Assembly: GCF_001194135.2 (NCBI RefSeq)
Contig: NC_068982.1
Location: forward strand, 113,526,044 to 113,590,043
DNA from: Octopus bimaculoides
Taxonomy: Eukaryota
Direction of reading: 5' to 3'
DNA length: 64,000 bases
In this document: in pieces, positions 23,369-36,997 of the stretch
Layout of the letters: every line of letters starts with the position of its first letter
Position numbering within the stretch: the stretch's first letter is position 1
Notes under the pieces: generated by a model
Databases searched by the model: none
What the model saw: only the letters and a program-made list of their open reading frames with translations
What the model was told of the DNA's origin: nothing
Program-made: the position numbers and the translations under genes

Positions 23369-24539
23369 CTACCAGATATCGGTGAACCCGAGGAAATGAG
23401 ACAAGATTACATCTTTCTTGGAATAAATAAGTAGAATAACAGTGATCTCTCCTGTGGCCTTGGTTCTGCTACGAGGAGCAGCATTTCAATAGAATATCCA
23501 TACTCATATAGCACCGAGATACTGTTTTGCTACTTTCGCAACACCTATGCACCAATGTTTCAACCAGTCGTACAATAAACAAGCTGAGTCAACAAGGGAG
23601 ACTCTATGTGACCTTTTGATCCTATAGAAATAGTAGCTAAATGTCCTCCAATCCCATCCAACCGTCTTTAAAGATAGGTATGTTGCCTAATACGGTCCAA
23701 AAAAATGACGAGGTAGCCATGCTTGGAATAACATTGCTCATAAGTCTGCTAATCTAGGAATGACTTGAGACGAAACAACAACCACAAAACAAAAAAAATA
23801 CTTCTGATATTAATTTCATATCGCACACAAAGATAACGACCAACTTAATGCTAGATGACTTTTACTCGATGTAATTAACATATTCTTCAGACGATGAACA
23901 ATAATATCCTCCACTTATCCATCTGCAAAGAGATCAATCTGACTATTCATTGTAACTGAACAGAGACAAATACAAAAGCTCCTGGAAATATTATCAACTT
24001 GTACTGGATTGGATTGTCTCATTATTGTAACACTGGCTGAAGGGCACATTGTCGAGCACACAGAAGGTATATATAGAAAATATTCTGGATATATCTTTAG
24101 CAGGAACAATAACAATGAAGTTTCCTCTAGTCTCCTCATAATCTTATGCTGATCCTTGGTTCAAACAATTCGCTAGATAAAGAATATCCTGCTAATTTAC
24201 TTGATGCTAAGTTTTCAGCAATCAACAGATATATCATTGATACAGTCGGTAAATCTGTCATTGCGATAACATGTATGATTGTTTTAATCCTGATTAATTA
24301 ATTAAGTTACTATATACATTGCGTTTCAAGAGATATCTTTCCTGTATTGTTATCTACAGATTTGTTTTAGGATATCATCTAACACTGATGTCTTACAAAG
24401 ATCGCAGCTCTTACTAGACAGCTATTTCATTATAAACACAACTACTGTACGCACTTACTGAAATCTATGACAAAGTATTGCACAACATGAAAATGAACAA
24501 CAATTTGTATTGTTATCATTGAAAACATTGCAGTGAATG

Positions 24540-26015
24540 ACATAGGGATGGAATGGCAGAATAACTAGTGTATAGATCAATTTTTTTTTTTACGATCCTT
24601 TTCCTTCTGAGTTCAAATCCCAATGAGGTCAGCGTTGTTGTTCATATTTCTGAGGTCGATAAAATAAAGTATTAGAATGGGGCTGATTTAATCAATTATA
24701 TCCTCCCGCTAGAAACAGACAAGATCATCATGACGGTATGCATTTTTATAATTTTTTTATAATGAGGCTACCCAAATCAGGGCAGACCTGGAATTTAAGC
24801 AGCAACAAAAATAACTTGATACGAAATATTGATTCAAGGCGGTGTGATTCATCAGCCCGGCGGAAAAAATATTTTGTGGTATTTCTACCTGTTTACGTTC
24901 TGAGTTCAAATCCCGCTGAAGTCAACTTTACCTTTCATCCTTTCGGTGTCGATAAAATAATGTACCAGTCGTCAAGTACAGAGATGGAGAGCATCGACTA
25001 ACTTCTTCCCCGTCAAAATAATGGCCAAACTTCTGTCAAAATTCGAAACAAATATTGGTTTCAAATTTTGGCACAAAGCCAGCAATTTCGAGGGAGGTGT
25101 TAAGACGATTACATCAATCCCAGTGCTCAGCTGGTACTTATTCTATCGACTCCGAAAGGGTTGAAAGATAAAGTCGACCTCGGAGGAATTTGAACTCAGA
25201 ATGTACACATGGAAGAAATGGTGTTAAGCATTTTGTCCGGTATGCTAGCGATTCTTCCAGCTCACCGCCTTAAAGTTCGAAATAAATATTAGAAACGAAT
25301 ATTGTTTTGACATTGCATTATTTAGCTACGACTCTGCGTTCTGTGTTCAAATTCCACTGGAGTAATTTTCTTCCATTCATTCAAGTTTGATAAAAAGAAA
25401 ATACTTCCCAATTATGTATTGAGTATATCAATTAAGTCTTCTTATCAATAATGTAATTGGATAAGGTGGTGAGCTGGCAGAATCGTTTGCACACCGGATG
25501 AAATACTTAGCGGTATTTCATCTGTCCTTACGTTCTGAGTTCAAATTCCTTCGAGGTCGACTTTTCCTTTCGGGATTGATAAATTAACCAGTTGCGTACT
25601 GAGGGTCGATCTAATCGACTGGCCCCTCCGCAAAAATTTCAGGCCTTGTGCCTAGAATAGAAAAGAATCGTTAGCAAGTCGGACAAAAGTCCGCATGGCA
25701 TTTCGTCCGTCTGTCCGTTCTTAGTTCAAATTCTGCCTGGGTTGATTTTTGCCTTTCGTCTTTTAGCGTCGATAAAATAAATACCAGTTGAGCACTGAGG
25801 CTGATGTAATCTACATGCCCTCTCCCTGAAATTGCTGGTCTTGTGCCAAAATTTGAAATCATTATTTTAATTAGATAAGAAGTAATAGAAATTATGGTTT
25901 CTTGATCTGAATATATTTCACTACTAAAAATTTGATCTCGTTTTTTGTTCTAAATTGCTATCTTTCCAAAGTCAATTTTGCCTTTCACTCTTCTGAGTTC
26001 GATAAAATAGGTATC
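24540..26015. mobile_element. Cluster of about 7 SINE family B copies (mostly +, one - at 25057-25275)
   Basis: Repeated TTCTGAGTTCAAAT / GTCGATAAAATAA motifs at about 24605, 24900, 25195(-), 25345, 25535, 25720 and 25990. Confidence 0.88.
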
Positions 26016-27007
26016 NNNNNNNNNNNNNNNNNNNNNNNNNNNNNNNNNNNNNNNNNNNNNNNNNNNNNNNNNNNNNNNNNNNNNNNNNNNNNNNNNNNNN
26101 NNNNNNNNNNNNNNNNNNNNNNNNNNNNNNNNNNNNNNNNNNNNNNNNNNNNNNNNNNNNNNNNNNNNNNNNNNNNNNNNNNNNNNNNNNNNNNNNNNNN
26201 NNNNNNNNNNNNNNNNNNNNNNNNNNNNNTTCTAGCTGTGTCTCCTTGCGAATACTGAGGAAGCAAATGGTTCCTTGTCCTGACAGAAATAGCAACTAAA
26301 TCTTCCTCAAGCCACACCTTACCGTCTTAAAAATATAGACAGTTTTGATATAGTGATCCTTGATGTAAACTGCAGAAGAAAAAGACAGGACGGTCACAGC
26401 TCGAACATCGTTGATCATAAGATTGCTCCATAATAGTTAAATTAAGACTAAACAATGGCAACACATGCATTAACTCTCCTATTTTCCAATATCTTCCTCT
26501 TTCTCTCTCTCTCTCTTTCATATACTCCCTTTATCTCTCCACTTTTCAACCGCTTCTCTTTATCTCTTTTTTAAACAAAGTCTTTGCCCTTCATTTTAGA
26601 AGCAATGTTATTTGCACGTATCTCCAATACATCCTTGTTCTATGGAGAAATTCTTTCGTTTAGCTTAAGTGTATTCTATAAAAGAATGTCTTAAATTAAA
26701 TTCCAACCACTCTTTTACAATCTACCTCGAGATATAAATGAAAATATATCACCAAATTTCACAAACCATTTAATCGAAATGTGCTTAAATTAATGACATT
26801 TACGAAACCAATTCTTCTGCAAACAATTTTTTTTCTCTTTCTTTACTCTTTCTCTATCTCTTTCTTTGATTTTGTCTGTTATCTTTTATATTTTTTTTAT
26901 TTAGAAAACCGTTCCAAGAAAATATGTAAATAGCAATGACAGCAGCCAAATCAGCTTAAGAAAAAGATTTACGTATGTGTCTAAGTCTTTATATGATGTA
27001 TGCGTTC

Positions 27008-27044
<37 letters not shown>

Positions 27045-28074
27045 CAAGTGTGCCTATGTATTAAGTGTGTTTATGCAATTGAATGTATTTAGATTTTTGT
27101 AGATGCATACTTGTTGTCTGGTGCAAATCTTGAATCTGTTTGTGTTTATGTTCCCTACTGCGCATGTGTGAGCTCTCTCTTCAGCGTCACACATTTGCTT
27201 GCACGTGTTTTATTATCATATCTCTTTTGTTTTCTTTTTGTTTGTTTGTTCGTTTGTGTATTCGTTTGTTTATGTTTTGTATGCGTGTGTGTGTTTGTGT
27301 CTTTCCCTTTTTTTATATATTTTTATCAATTCATTCTTTAAAAACCATTTCCACTATGATGTAGCTATATATTTAAAATGGACAGATTAAATATTCTCAA
27401 GTTTTATTAATTCTTTCTGCTCGAAATCTTCTGAATAATGTTCATTTCTTTCTTCTTTTTTTTTTTTGTCTTTAATATTTTCTATCTTTTAGTTAAATCC
27501 ATTCTTAGAAATACTGGTAGTTCTGCTGTATTCCTTCTGATATATGGGATTTTATGGGTAAGAGGCCAGCTGCCAATCTTTCTATGATCTTCCCGCCATA
27601 CTTTAAAAAAAAATAGAGAGAAGAAATGATATTCCACTGCTTATCTCAATCTATATATCATGAATAACATATTTATAGTCTAGAGTCGACTGGTTCATGC
27701 AGTTGACGACATTTATTCACAAGTATATCTATCCTTACTATGGTGTTGTTGTTCAACTCCAGTCCTTCTCTGATCAAGTAAAGCTATAACTACAATCAAA
27801 AGTATCCCAGATATAACCATTCCATCTTATATTTCGATATGAACATAGGGCTAAACTATCCAATGTTCCCTTCTTTTTAAAATGCTAGGGTATGATTTGA
27901 AGAACATTTAGCCGTTAAGGCTTTCTCTCATTGGTGTTTCTTCTTCTGACAGACTTCTCGACTGTCTAATCCGATACCTACCGTATACTGCAACTTCCTA
28001 GGCTTCAAATGCAATTAGAAAAGGTAAATTTTGTTAGCTAGGAATATCGGCAGACTTCAGTGACACAACAGCTA

Positions 28075-28880
28075 AATAATAAACCTTTCTACTATAGGCA
28101 CAAAGCCTTGAATTTGGGGGAAGGGGTCTTGCCGATTACATCGACCACAGTGCGTAACTAGTACTTATTTCGAGGTAAGGTTGACCTCGGCAGAATTTGT
28201 ACCCAGAACGTAAAGACAGACGAAATGCTGCTAAGCATTTTGTCGGCCATGATAACAGTTCTGCTAGCTTGCCGCCTTACTAAAAAATTCTTTCTACAAT
28301 GGACATAAAGCCTGAAATTTTAGGGGAGGGATCTTGTCGATCACATCGACCCCTGTACTCAACTGGTACTTTTTTTTATCAAAGGATGAAAGGTAAAGTC
28401 GATCTCGGTGGAATTTCGAATTCAAACAGACGAAATGTCGCTAAGCATTTTGTCCGACGTGCTAACAATTCCGCCAGCTCGCCGCCTTACTAAATAGTAA
28501 TAATAACGATTTCTGACGTTTAGCTAATATTTGACTCTAACAGATCGAAAGGAAAAACTCAAACCAACTAAGACCTAACCTCTGGTCCACAGTTATTTCG
28601 CGTCTTCGTGATTCCGTTTGTATTTGTGTCTTCTACTACGCATGTGTCAGTTTTGCATTCAGCGTCTTACATATGCGTACACGTTTCCTTGGCATATTCT
28701 TTAGTTTTTGTTTTCTATTTATTTTTTCTACTGATTCTAACCGTCTTTAAAATAATCCTTTCTACTGTAGGCACAAGGCCTGATATTTTGGGGAAGGTGA
28801 TAGTCGATTTCATCGACCCCAGTACTCAATTCAGAACGTAGCGGCAGACAAAATACTGCTATCGCCTGGCATGCTAACGA
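28075..28880 (-). mobile_element. Tandem SINE family B copies (28075-28282, 28288-28492) plus internally deleted copy (28755-28880)
   Basis: Each runs TTTCTAC..GGCACAA..GCC to GCTCGCCGC(C)TT on the plus strand. Confidence 0.88.
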
Positions 28881-31317
28881 TTTTGCTAGCTCGCCGCTTT
28901 AAACCATCCTTAAAATAATGCTTAGTTTTTAACATGGCTGATGGCTACATTCGATTGAATAGTCCAGAATATTTTAGTGGCTCTTTATTTTACTAACCCT
29001 GAGATGGTAAAGCACGAAGTAGACTTTGGTGGAATTTGAACTCAAAAAGTAGAGGAATGTAAGTAAATATCTCGGAAAATCTTGTCCGCTTTTCCCTCGT
29101 TGTATCCAACCCTCCCCCGATCCTTGCACAAGTCACTGCGCCCAGGCCCATCTTCCCTGTACGTTGCCTCTCTGGAGTTGCCTCTTTGTTCATGTCTTCC
29201 TCGCAAGTGTTAACATACAAAGGTTTGAGTAGAACCTTAATGAAATCGATCTTAACGATCTAGGAGGCCCTGCAAAAACCATGGCAAACTAGACCAGACC
29301 AAGCTAAAGGAAAAAAAAAAGACGATGAAGACGGGAGTGAAACATGTCTTTATAGATATTATTTTATGTGCAACATGTTTAAGCATTTGTCACTCCGTGT
29401 ATTTATTGTATTTTAGGGTTTGTTTCATGTAATGTAATCAAAGGAATCTGATTTCTGAGGTGAAACTAGTTTCAGACACTTTAATTATGGCATTCTGTTC
29501 ATAAACAGATACTCACATTCTTCTATACACCCAACATATATANNNNNNNNNNTATATATATATATATATATATATACACTCAAATGCATATGTTCATAAA
29601 TATGTATATGTATTTCATCAGCATGTATATGTGTATTTTGTTTCTATTATTTGTGCTGATTTACATATGCGTACACAATTTGTAAAAATGTATGAGTGTG
29701 GATAAATAGCCTTGCGTATGGTTGGCTGTCTGAAAGGATATATGTATATGTGTGAGAGATCAACAAATTATTGATAAGTCTGCACATGAATAATTTCTCT
29801 ACATTGATCCCTTATAAACTATTTTATTACTTAACATTTATTCTGTGACTTGCCTCTCTCGATGTTGCAAAATATCCACAAACCTATAATTAAATGTGAC
29901 ATCTTACAGAAGCCTACTTTTATCTCCCTTTTATCTTGGTACAGCACTTCGTATTTCTATAACACTTGATGGACGGTTACAAACACTGACTCACCCATTC
30001 TCCACTCTTTTATTGATTATATATTAATTTTACGTAATTATAACGTTTCTCTCGAAATAACAACTGCATTATTTATATAGACGCATGCATAGTGGCTAGG
30101 GAGTTCAATTCGCAACCACCCTACCGTTTTAGATTCAATCCCACTGCGTGGCTCCTTTTTCTTTTCCTTCTGATCTAGATTGCTGCATACTTTCACATGA
30201 GCAGCCCGTTCTACTCGTCTCGCCTCTTCGCGCCAATTTCGTTGTTTTTTTACTTCTTCCAGACCCCACAATAAATACTTCAACCAGTCCTCTTTCCTAT
30301 AACTGTATCCGTTTGGTATACCCTCCTCACCCACATTTCTCCAATTTAGAAATATTCAACATGAATACTAATCTCATGGACCAAACGCTGGAAGTCTCTA
30401 GCGGAAGGTAACAAAATAATTCATATTTCAAATAATTTACGCTCATTTGCAAAGATCTTATTATAGAGTTAGGAAACTGGTGTGTTGTTTAGTAAAGCTT
30501 GTACATATCAATATTTTTCCCAGCTCCCGGGTGTTCTTAAGAATATAAATTTTGGTTTATTGCACATTATGCTACAGTTAACTTTCTCAAAATATACTTA
30601 ATGTAGTTAAATTAGTTTTAACATATTTAGTACAGTGACCATCAAAAATCTTTTTTGAAATGCCTATGCAGTGAGGAAGAGACATTATTCTCGTTAACTA
30701 GTGCAATTCCAGTAAGAATAAGATATTATTTCGGATATTTTTCCGTCTTATCAGACCTCCTCAGCAAAATGTTTTTTTTATTTTTTTATATAATCGCCAA
30801 GTGTAACTAGGCCAATTAATTTAAAGGAGTCGCGATGATTAAAATACCTTGCTTAGAGATACAACAGAATGCATTCATTTGAACTTATGATTGATGAGTC
30901 TAATGTTTGAGGCAGGATACAAACCACCAGACGTAGAACCATTTAAGTATATTGAAGATGTAACTGCCACCTGCAGTTGTGTGTATTTGTCTGCAGATAG
31001 TTGGACACAGGCATGACGAGTGGTTAATAATTTTGATTCGCAATCATAATATCCTAGATTCGATCCCACAAGTAGCAAGTTGGGCAAAATATCTCATACC
31101 ACAGCCCTTAGTTAACTTAGACCTTGTGACGGATCTTGAGTAGAGGTGAAACTGTGCTGACCCTTACAAGATTAACTGCACTTGATTAAGGTGATTCTGC
31201 CTGAGGATTATGCGTAGCTGTGGAATACTTAGCCAGTTATCCTATAATTCAGTGAGCAAATAGTTCAGTTGATCGAACCACTGGAATATTTATTGTTGAA
31301 ACCAGAATACATGTTTG

Positions 31318-31500
31318 TGTAAGGCAGTGGGCTTGCAGAATCGTTAGCACGGCGGACAAAATATTTAATGGCATTTCTTCCGGCCCTTTAGGTTCTGAGT
31401 TCAAATTCCGCCGAAGTCAACTTTGTTTTTCATCCTTTCGGAGGATGGTGATAGAATAAGTACCAGTTGGACACTGGGATCGATGTAATCGACTAGTCCC
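31318..31500 (+). mobile_element. SINE family B
   Basis: TAAGGCAGTGGGCTTGCAGAATCGTTAGCACGG...TTCTGAGTTCAAATTCCGCCGAAGTCAACTTTG. Confidence 0.88.
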
Positions 31501-31549
31501 TTGCCCACCTAATTATCAATCAAGTGCACTTCTACAAGATTGCTGAATG

Positions 31550-31790
31550 TGTTAGAAATAGCAGTTTACTTCCCTCAAATCACACCCTGACGTATCCTGA
31601 AAAAGGAAGGGACACATACAACAATCTTGTTCTAAAATATATAAAAAAAAGTGGTGATGGCCATAGTTTGATGGTCAGTCGAATGATGACAATAAAAGAA
31701 GGATGGAATGGTCATAACTGGAATGTCTTTCATCATGGATCTCTTCGGTCAGGGCTAACCTTGGGAGGGGATCTAAAACAATAGCAACAA
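31550..31790 (+). repeat. Dispersed repeat family E (GAAATAGCAGCCAAAT..CCTCAAATCACACCCT..); other fragments near 8310, 23630, 26285, 27850(-), 33900-34060(-), 34375, 51115(-), 57955(-)
   Basis: Shared motif recurs in both orientations; class not determined. Confidence 0.65.
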
Positions 31791-32275
31791 TTCCACTGGA
31801 ATTAAAAGAAATAAAACATTAAGGTCCAAGGAAGTGAGACAGCGATGCCCAGAAAGGCTTTTGCATATTCCTACTCAAGAAACCCAGTCTAGAGTTTATC
31901 AGAATAAGTTTCAATACTTCAGCATTTTCATACTTTTATATTAACTACTTTAGTTGTTCCTATTGTAGAAAACTTCTTTTCTACTGTACCACTTAGCGGT
32001 TGGAAAATTGTCAGATCGTCGTTGATGTATAACCACAGCTAACACGCAGTGATGGAGTATATCATCCGCTTTACACAAAGGTCATTATCCTGAAGAAAAA
32101 ATAAACAGAAATCAATAATTTATGATTTACTGTTTAGTTTTTTTAGTTTTTTTTTTTTCCTTAGTAGAGATTTCTTTTTCTTGTTACTCGCAAAAATCTT
32201 GGCCCTCTGAAAAAAAATGCGGATAACAATATTCACAAGATATTTATGGCATTAATTCCTCTCTCTCTCTCTATC

Positions 32276-32312
<37 letters not shown>

Positions 32313-34559
32313 CTTTCTCTTTGCAGTTTTTGGAGATTTAATAGAACGTCAGAGTTAATGATTTTACTTGATTAATCGCTATCTGGCCTGAATAACTAAT
32401 AATTTCTAACAGTGCAGTGATTTCACATTCATTTGAAAAGCAAATTATTGAATTTTTTTAATTAAAAAGAATCATATGTAAATTTCCATTTAGTTTTTGT
32501 GTATTCATATGGAATGATTGACGGATATTAGTAGTTTGGCTTAACTCTTATCACACAAAGGAAAAAACAACAACCATACCCCTTTTTTGCGTTAAATCAA
32601 GCACAAATGTGTCATTTTATTTTTTAAAATTCTACTGAGAGTAAAACATGTTTATATTTTGCAGAAATATGTTGAGTGTAAGATAATATGGAACATATGT
32701 TTTACTTCCTTTCTTTCTCATCTCAAATATCAATTTATAAACAAATACAGATTCACATTTGGTTTATTTTATTTCTTTGGTTTTGTTGTTCATTTCAGTT
32801 GTATTGTTTGGTTATACGTCTTCTGATCTCCCCCACAAATTTCTACGACCCTGGTTACGCTACGTACTCAGACTATTAATCTAATTTTAGGATAATATAA
32901 TTTCACATTTACTGTTTACGTCAGAAGCAGTCGTTCACTTGAATAATCATTAAAGTAGTTATTTGCATAATTAGCTATAATGAAAAGAAAACATAAATTA
33001 TGGTTGATATTTCAAGGACCTATTGGCTCCAACCTCTGAAATTTGAAACTATATATGGAACATAAACGAGTTTGAAAGTGAAACTACGCTGATCATTTCG
33101 TGAATTCAGAGCTGAGCCATAAATCAATGTTAATTTATAATTGTGAGAAAAATATAGCAAAAATAATTATCTAAAAAATTGTTTTTGCTTTGGGTAAGTT
33201 GATAATCTGCTTCGTTGTGATAGTGTTAACTATTTTAGTTAATATACGACTTTCTAATATAAAACGTATCGCAATCATTTTACCCTCCACAACGCGTTAC
33301 AATATGCGTCGTTATTGCTGCAAATGCCAAGCACTTCAGCTCTGTTTTATCTCATCTTGATATCACAAGTGTCTGGCTCTTTTACTGTGTAAACACCACT
33401 TATACATTCATTGGATGCAGATCAAAATTGAAATTTCAAATCTTTATCATCTTAGTTTTAATGAAGAAAATGTCAGATAATTGTCAAAGCACCGTCTGAA
33501 CATTTTAGGAAGTGTGATAGAAATATAATACCAATATTTGCTGTTTTAATAATTTATTTTTTCAGTTTTTTTGGTTTTTTTCTCTTGACATCTATACTGT
33601 TGTCGTTGCTTTTAACATTTTTTTCTTCTCTTGAAAGTAATATCAGAATAGAAATGTGTTTATCGCCCATATTTTTTTTATAAATTTATTTATTGTAAGC
33701 AATGTATTTATCTTACTTTAAATATCCAGTCAATCTGTCCTCTTTGATTGTATGAAACAATCTTTTCACAATAGACAGTAACACCTCTTTAACACTGATA
33801 CCAACTACAGTATACTCTCTCTCTCTCAGTTACTATCTTAAATTAATCTCACTTGCCATGCCACTTCTAGATTCCTAGAATTCTATTGTAGACTGACACC
33901 AATCAGTCTTGATCAAGCTGACCAATCAGCCAAATGTATTCTAGCCATGGTCATCCTTTGGTTATATCTAGAACTAAATTGTTCTAACGTGACCTTACTT
34001 TTTGAAAATGGCAGGGTATTAAGGTAAGATCTGGGTGCTATTTCTAGCGTGCAGGGCAACCACGTAGTGACTCACAATTTTGACAATATAAAAAGTTGGT
34101 GCTAGGTGTAATCACAGAACGTGGATATGCTGTAAGTCTTTGAAAGTTTTAATTTCTAATCAGTTTCAAATGCATTTAAGTCTTCTTTACAATTAACGAT
34201 ATTTATCGATGAATAAACGTGTTCAAATGAGACAGTTCCCAAATTTGGATGAGTTCGTGTTTCAAAGATGAAACGCGCTGTTTCAAGACAAACAATAAAA
34301 CTTCTGTAAACACTTCCTCATCGAACGATACACATCTTTCCTTTACGTGGATTCCACTAAGTGGTTTCTCAGCCTGCTAGAAATAGCTAATTAATCTCTC
34401 TGAATTTAAACACCTTACCATCTTTAAAGAGAAAAACAGAGGGTGCATTACAAACGTTGTCTTGAATACAATATATCTAGAAAACAAGCTGGAATGATTA
34501 TTGCTAGAATGAACTTGATCATAGATCTACCAATTAAGGTTGTACTAGAGCTTACAACA

Positions 34560-34765
34560 ATAACGATTTCAAATTTTGGCACAAGACCAGCAATTTTAGG
34601 GGAGTTGGTGAGTCAATTACATTGATACCAGTTCTCTTGACTGGTACTTTATTCTATCAACGCCGAAAAGATGAAATGCAAACCTATATTTGAACTTAGA
34701 ACATAGAGAGTGGGAAGAACTGCCGCCAAGCATTTTGTCCAACGTGCTAACGATTCTGCCAGATC
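34560..34765 (-). mobile_element. SINE family B
   Basis: GATTTCAAATTTTGGCACAAGACCAGCAATTTT...CAAGCATTTTGTCCAACGTGCTAACGATTCTGCCAG. Confidence 0.87.
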
Positions 34766-35321
34766 GCTACATTAGATATTACAAGTCACAAAATATACAC
34801 ATGTTTCCTGTTAGCTTTCATTTATATACCTACGAAATAGCATCCATTTGTTCTGTAAATAAAGAAAATTATTTTGCCTGGTTTTTCGGTGGGGGTGGAA
34901 TTGAATATCCATCTTTTTTTTAATCTATTTTCAATGCAAAATCAGTTATTTATCTAATTGGTTTGCTCATACTCTTCGACTAATATCTATGACGTATTAT
35001 TTCAGAGTTCAGACATTAATATCAGTTAGTTACGAAAGATGATTCAAGTTAACATTATATGCTAATTGAATTTCATCAAGTCCAGTCACTGGAATCGTAT
35101 GTTGATTAATTTGAAATATAAACTGTAACAGTACTACTTGTTAAATTATAACAAATTTACTCATGCCAAATAAATTGTATAAGGAAAACCACAGAGAAAT
35201 ATCTAAGTAAGTTAATTACCAGTAATCAAAGATCTTATAAGAATAATTATTAAATCTAATGTCAATGCGATTTTCAATATCCTGATAGCGAAATGATATC
35301 TACAGATTAATGTTAACAGTG

Positions 35322-35691
35322 TGGAAGCGCAATGGCCCAGTGGTTAGGGCAGCGGACTCGCAGTCAAAGGATCGCGGTTTCGATTCCCAGACAGGGCGTT
35401 GTGAGTGTTTATTGAGCGAAAACACCTAAAGCTCCACGAGGCTCCGGCAGAGGATGGTGGCGAACCCTGCTGTACTCTTTCACCACAACTTTCTCTTACT
35501 TCCTTTTTCTGTTGTGCCTGTAATTCAAAGGGTCAGCCTTGTCACACTGTGTCATGCTGAATATCCCCGAGAACTACGTTAAGGGTACACGTGTCTGTGG
35601 AGTGCTCAGCCACTTGCACGTTAATTTCATGAGCAGGCTGTTTAACTGGAACCCTCGACGTCGTAAGCGATGGAGTGCCAACAACAACAAC
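35322..35691 (+). mobile_element. Full-length tRNA-derived SINE family C with 13-bp TSD
   Basis: A-box-like TGGCCCAGTGG, B-box-like GTTTCGATTCC, (CAA)n tail; perfect flanking direct repeat AATGTTAACAGTG at 35309-35321 and 35692-35704. Confidence 0.95.
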
Positions 35692-36097
35692 AATGTTAAC
35701 AGTGAAATTACTGTTGCTATTGTTAATGTTTAGCCTCCAGAAGTCATAACCTAGTAGATTTATGGTCGGAGATGTTCCAAACGTGACCATTGTCCGTCAG
35801 CAGGCCGATGGTCAGTGTAGAAGCTCCATTGTTGCTTTGTATGCTATTGTTCTGGGATCGATGATATTGAGACACCTTTCATCATTTTATACTGGATAAA
35901 ATTAATAGAAGTAATATACTAGGGCTCTGCCCAATCGTGTAAAATTTTGACTTCCCACTTTCAGAGAAAAAAAAGACATTTCGTAATATGGAAAGAGGCA
36001 GCTCAAATATTTTGAATGTAAAGCGTAAAAGATAAATGTTGTTGCTAAAGAAGCTATTGTACTTTTTTAGCCGAAGGTCAACTCTAATTGAGAAGAC

Positions 36098-36997
36098 GGA
36101 TCTTTGTGATTTGACGGGCAACACTTGTTTTCTTAACGAAACACTTTCAAACTTGAGACACTGGTAGAATGTGTCATACAAAACAACTTTTTCTCTTAGC
36201 CTTCTTAACAAAAAATTATACATCGCAAGTTATTTCATGTTAAAGTTGTATTTCTGTAATTTCAACCAATCACTGACGTCTATTCAGCTGAATACAGTTA
36301 CTGCTGTTCGGTGTCAAGTGTGTTATTCCCTGTTTAATTATATCATTATTCCCTAGTATGGGTTTAGGGTTTTAGGGTTAGGGTTCGGGTTTTAGGGTTA
36401 GGATTCGGGTTTTAGGGTTAGGGTTCGGGTTTTAGGTTAGGGTTCGGGTTTTAGGGTTAGGGTTTTAGGGTTAGGGTTGAGGTTAGGGTTTGGGTTAAGG
36501 TTAGGGTTAGGGTTATGGTTATGAGTTATAGGGTTAGAGTTAAGGTTATGGCAAAAATAATCATAACCCTAACCGTAATCCTAAAACTAACCCTAACTCT
36601 AACACCCAAACCCTAACCCTAAAACCCTAAAGCTAAAACCAGTACAAACGCACGAACGATGTCATAAATAACAGTGACAAACGAAAAATATATCGCTGAG
36701 AGTTGTTGTTGACAACGGATAGTTTTTGTTGACAAACAACGGGACTAATTTTATTCAAGGGAAAAAATCCCGTAACACCGTTGTTTATATTCCACGGCGT
36801 AATTGTTTTCACCTCAATAGACGTCAGTGATTGGTTGAAATTACCGAAATACGACAATTTTTTACATGAAATAACTTCGAATACAAAATTTTTTATCTGT
36901 TCTATAACACAAAATATACAAGTATTCGAAGTTTGAAAGTGTTTCGGTACCAAAAACACTACATAAAAAAATGTTGCCCGTCAAATCACAAAGATCT
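36098..36997. mobile_element. 900-bp non-autonomous fold-back TIR element (Merlin-like by termini) with internal telomere-like repeats
   Basis: 26-bp outer TIR GGATCTTTGTGATTTGACGGGCAACA (25/26 match), perfect 8-bp TSD GAGAAGAC (36090-36097; 36998-37005), perfect inner 28-bp inverted block at 36257-36284 / 36816-36843. Confidence 0.9.
36360..36640. repeat. Interstitial telomere-like array: (TTAGGG)-variant tract then inverted (CCCTAA)-variant tract
   Basis: G-rich tract 36360-36550, symmetry centre GGTTATG-GCAAAAATAAT-CATAACC, C-rich tract 36563-36640. Confidence 0.95.

Noticed and set aside
23944-24150. Plus-strand open frame (RQIQKLLEILSTCTGLD...)
   Set aside because: No recognisable motif and weak splice signals.
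29318-29352. Hammerhead-like AGACGATGAAG...GAAACATGTC with ACATGT palindrome
   Set aside because: Core position 3 and stem II do not fit; may be a relic but is not supportable alone.
35322-35400. tRNA gene
   Set aside because: It has A/B-box-like motifs but continues into a SINE body with tail and TSD, and no proper acceptor stem is evident.
36360-36640. Telomere-telomere chromosome fusion scar
   Set aside because: The head-to-head array is the centre of a TIR element flanked by a perfect 8-bp TSD, so transposition explains it more simply.
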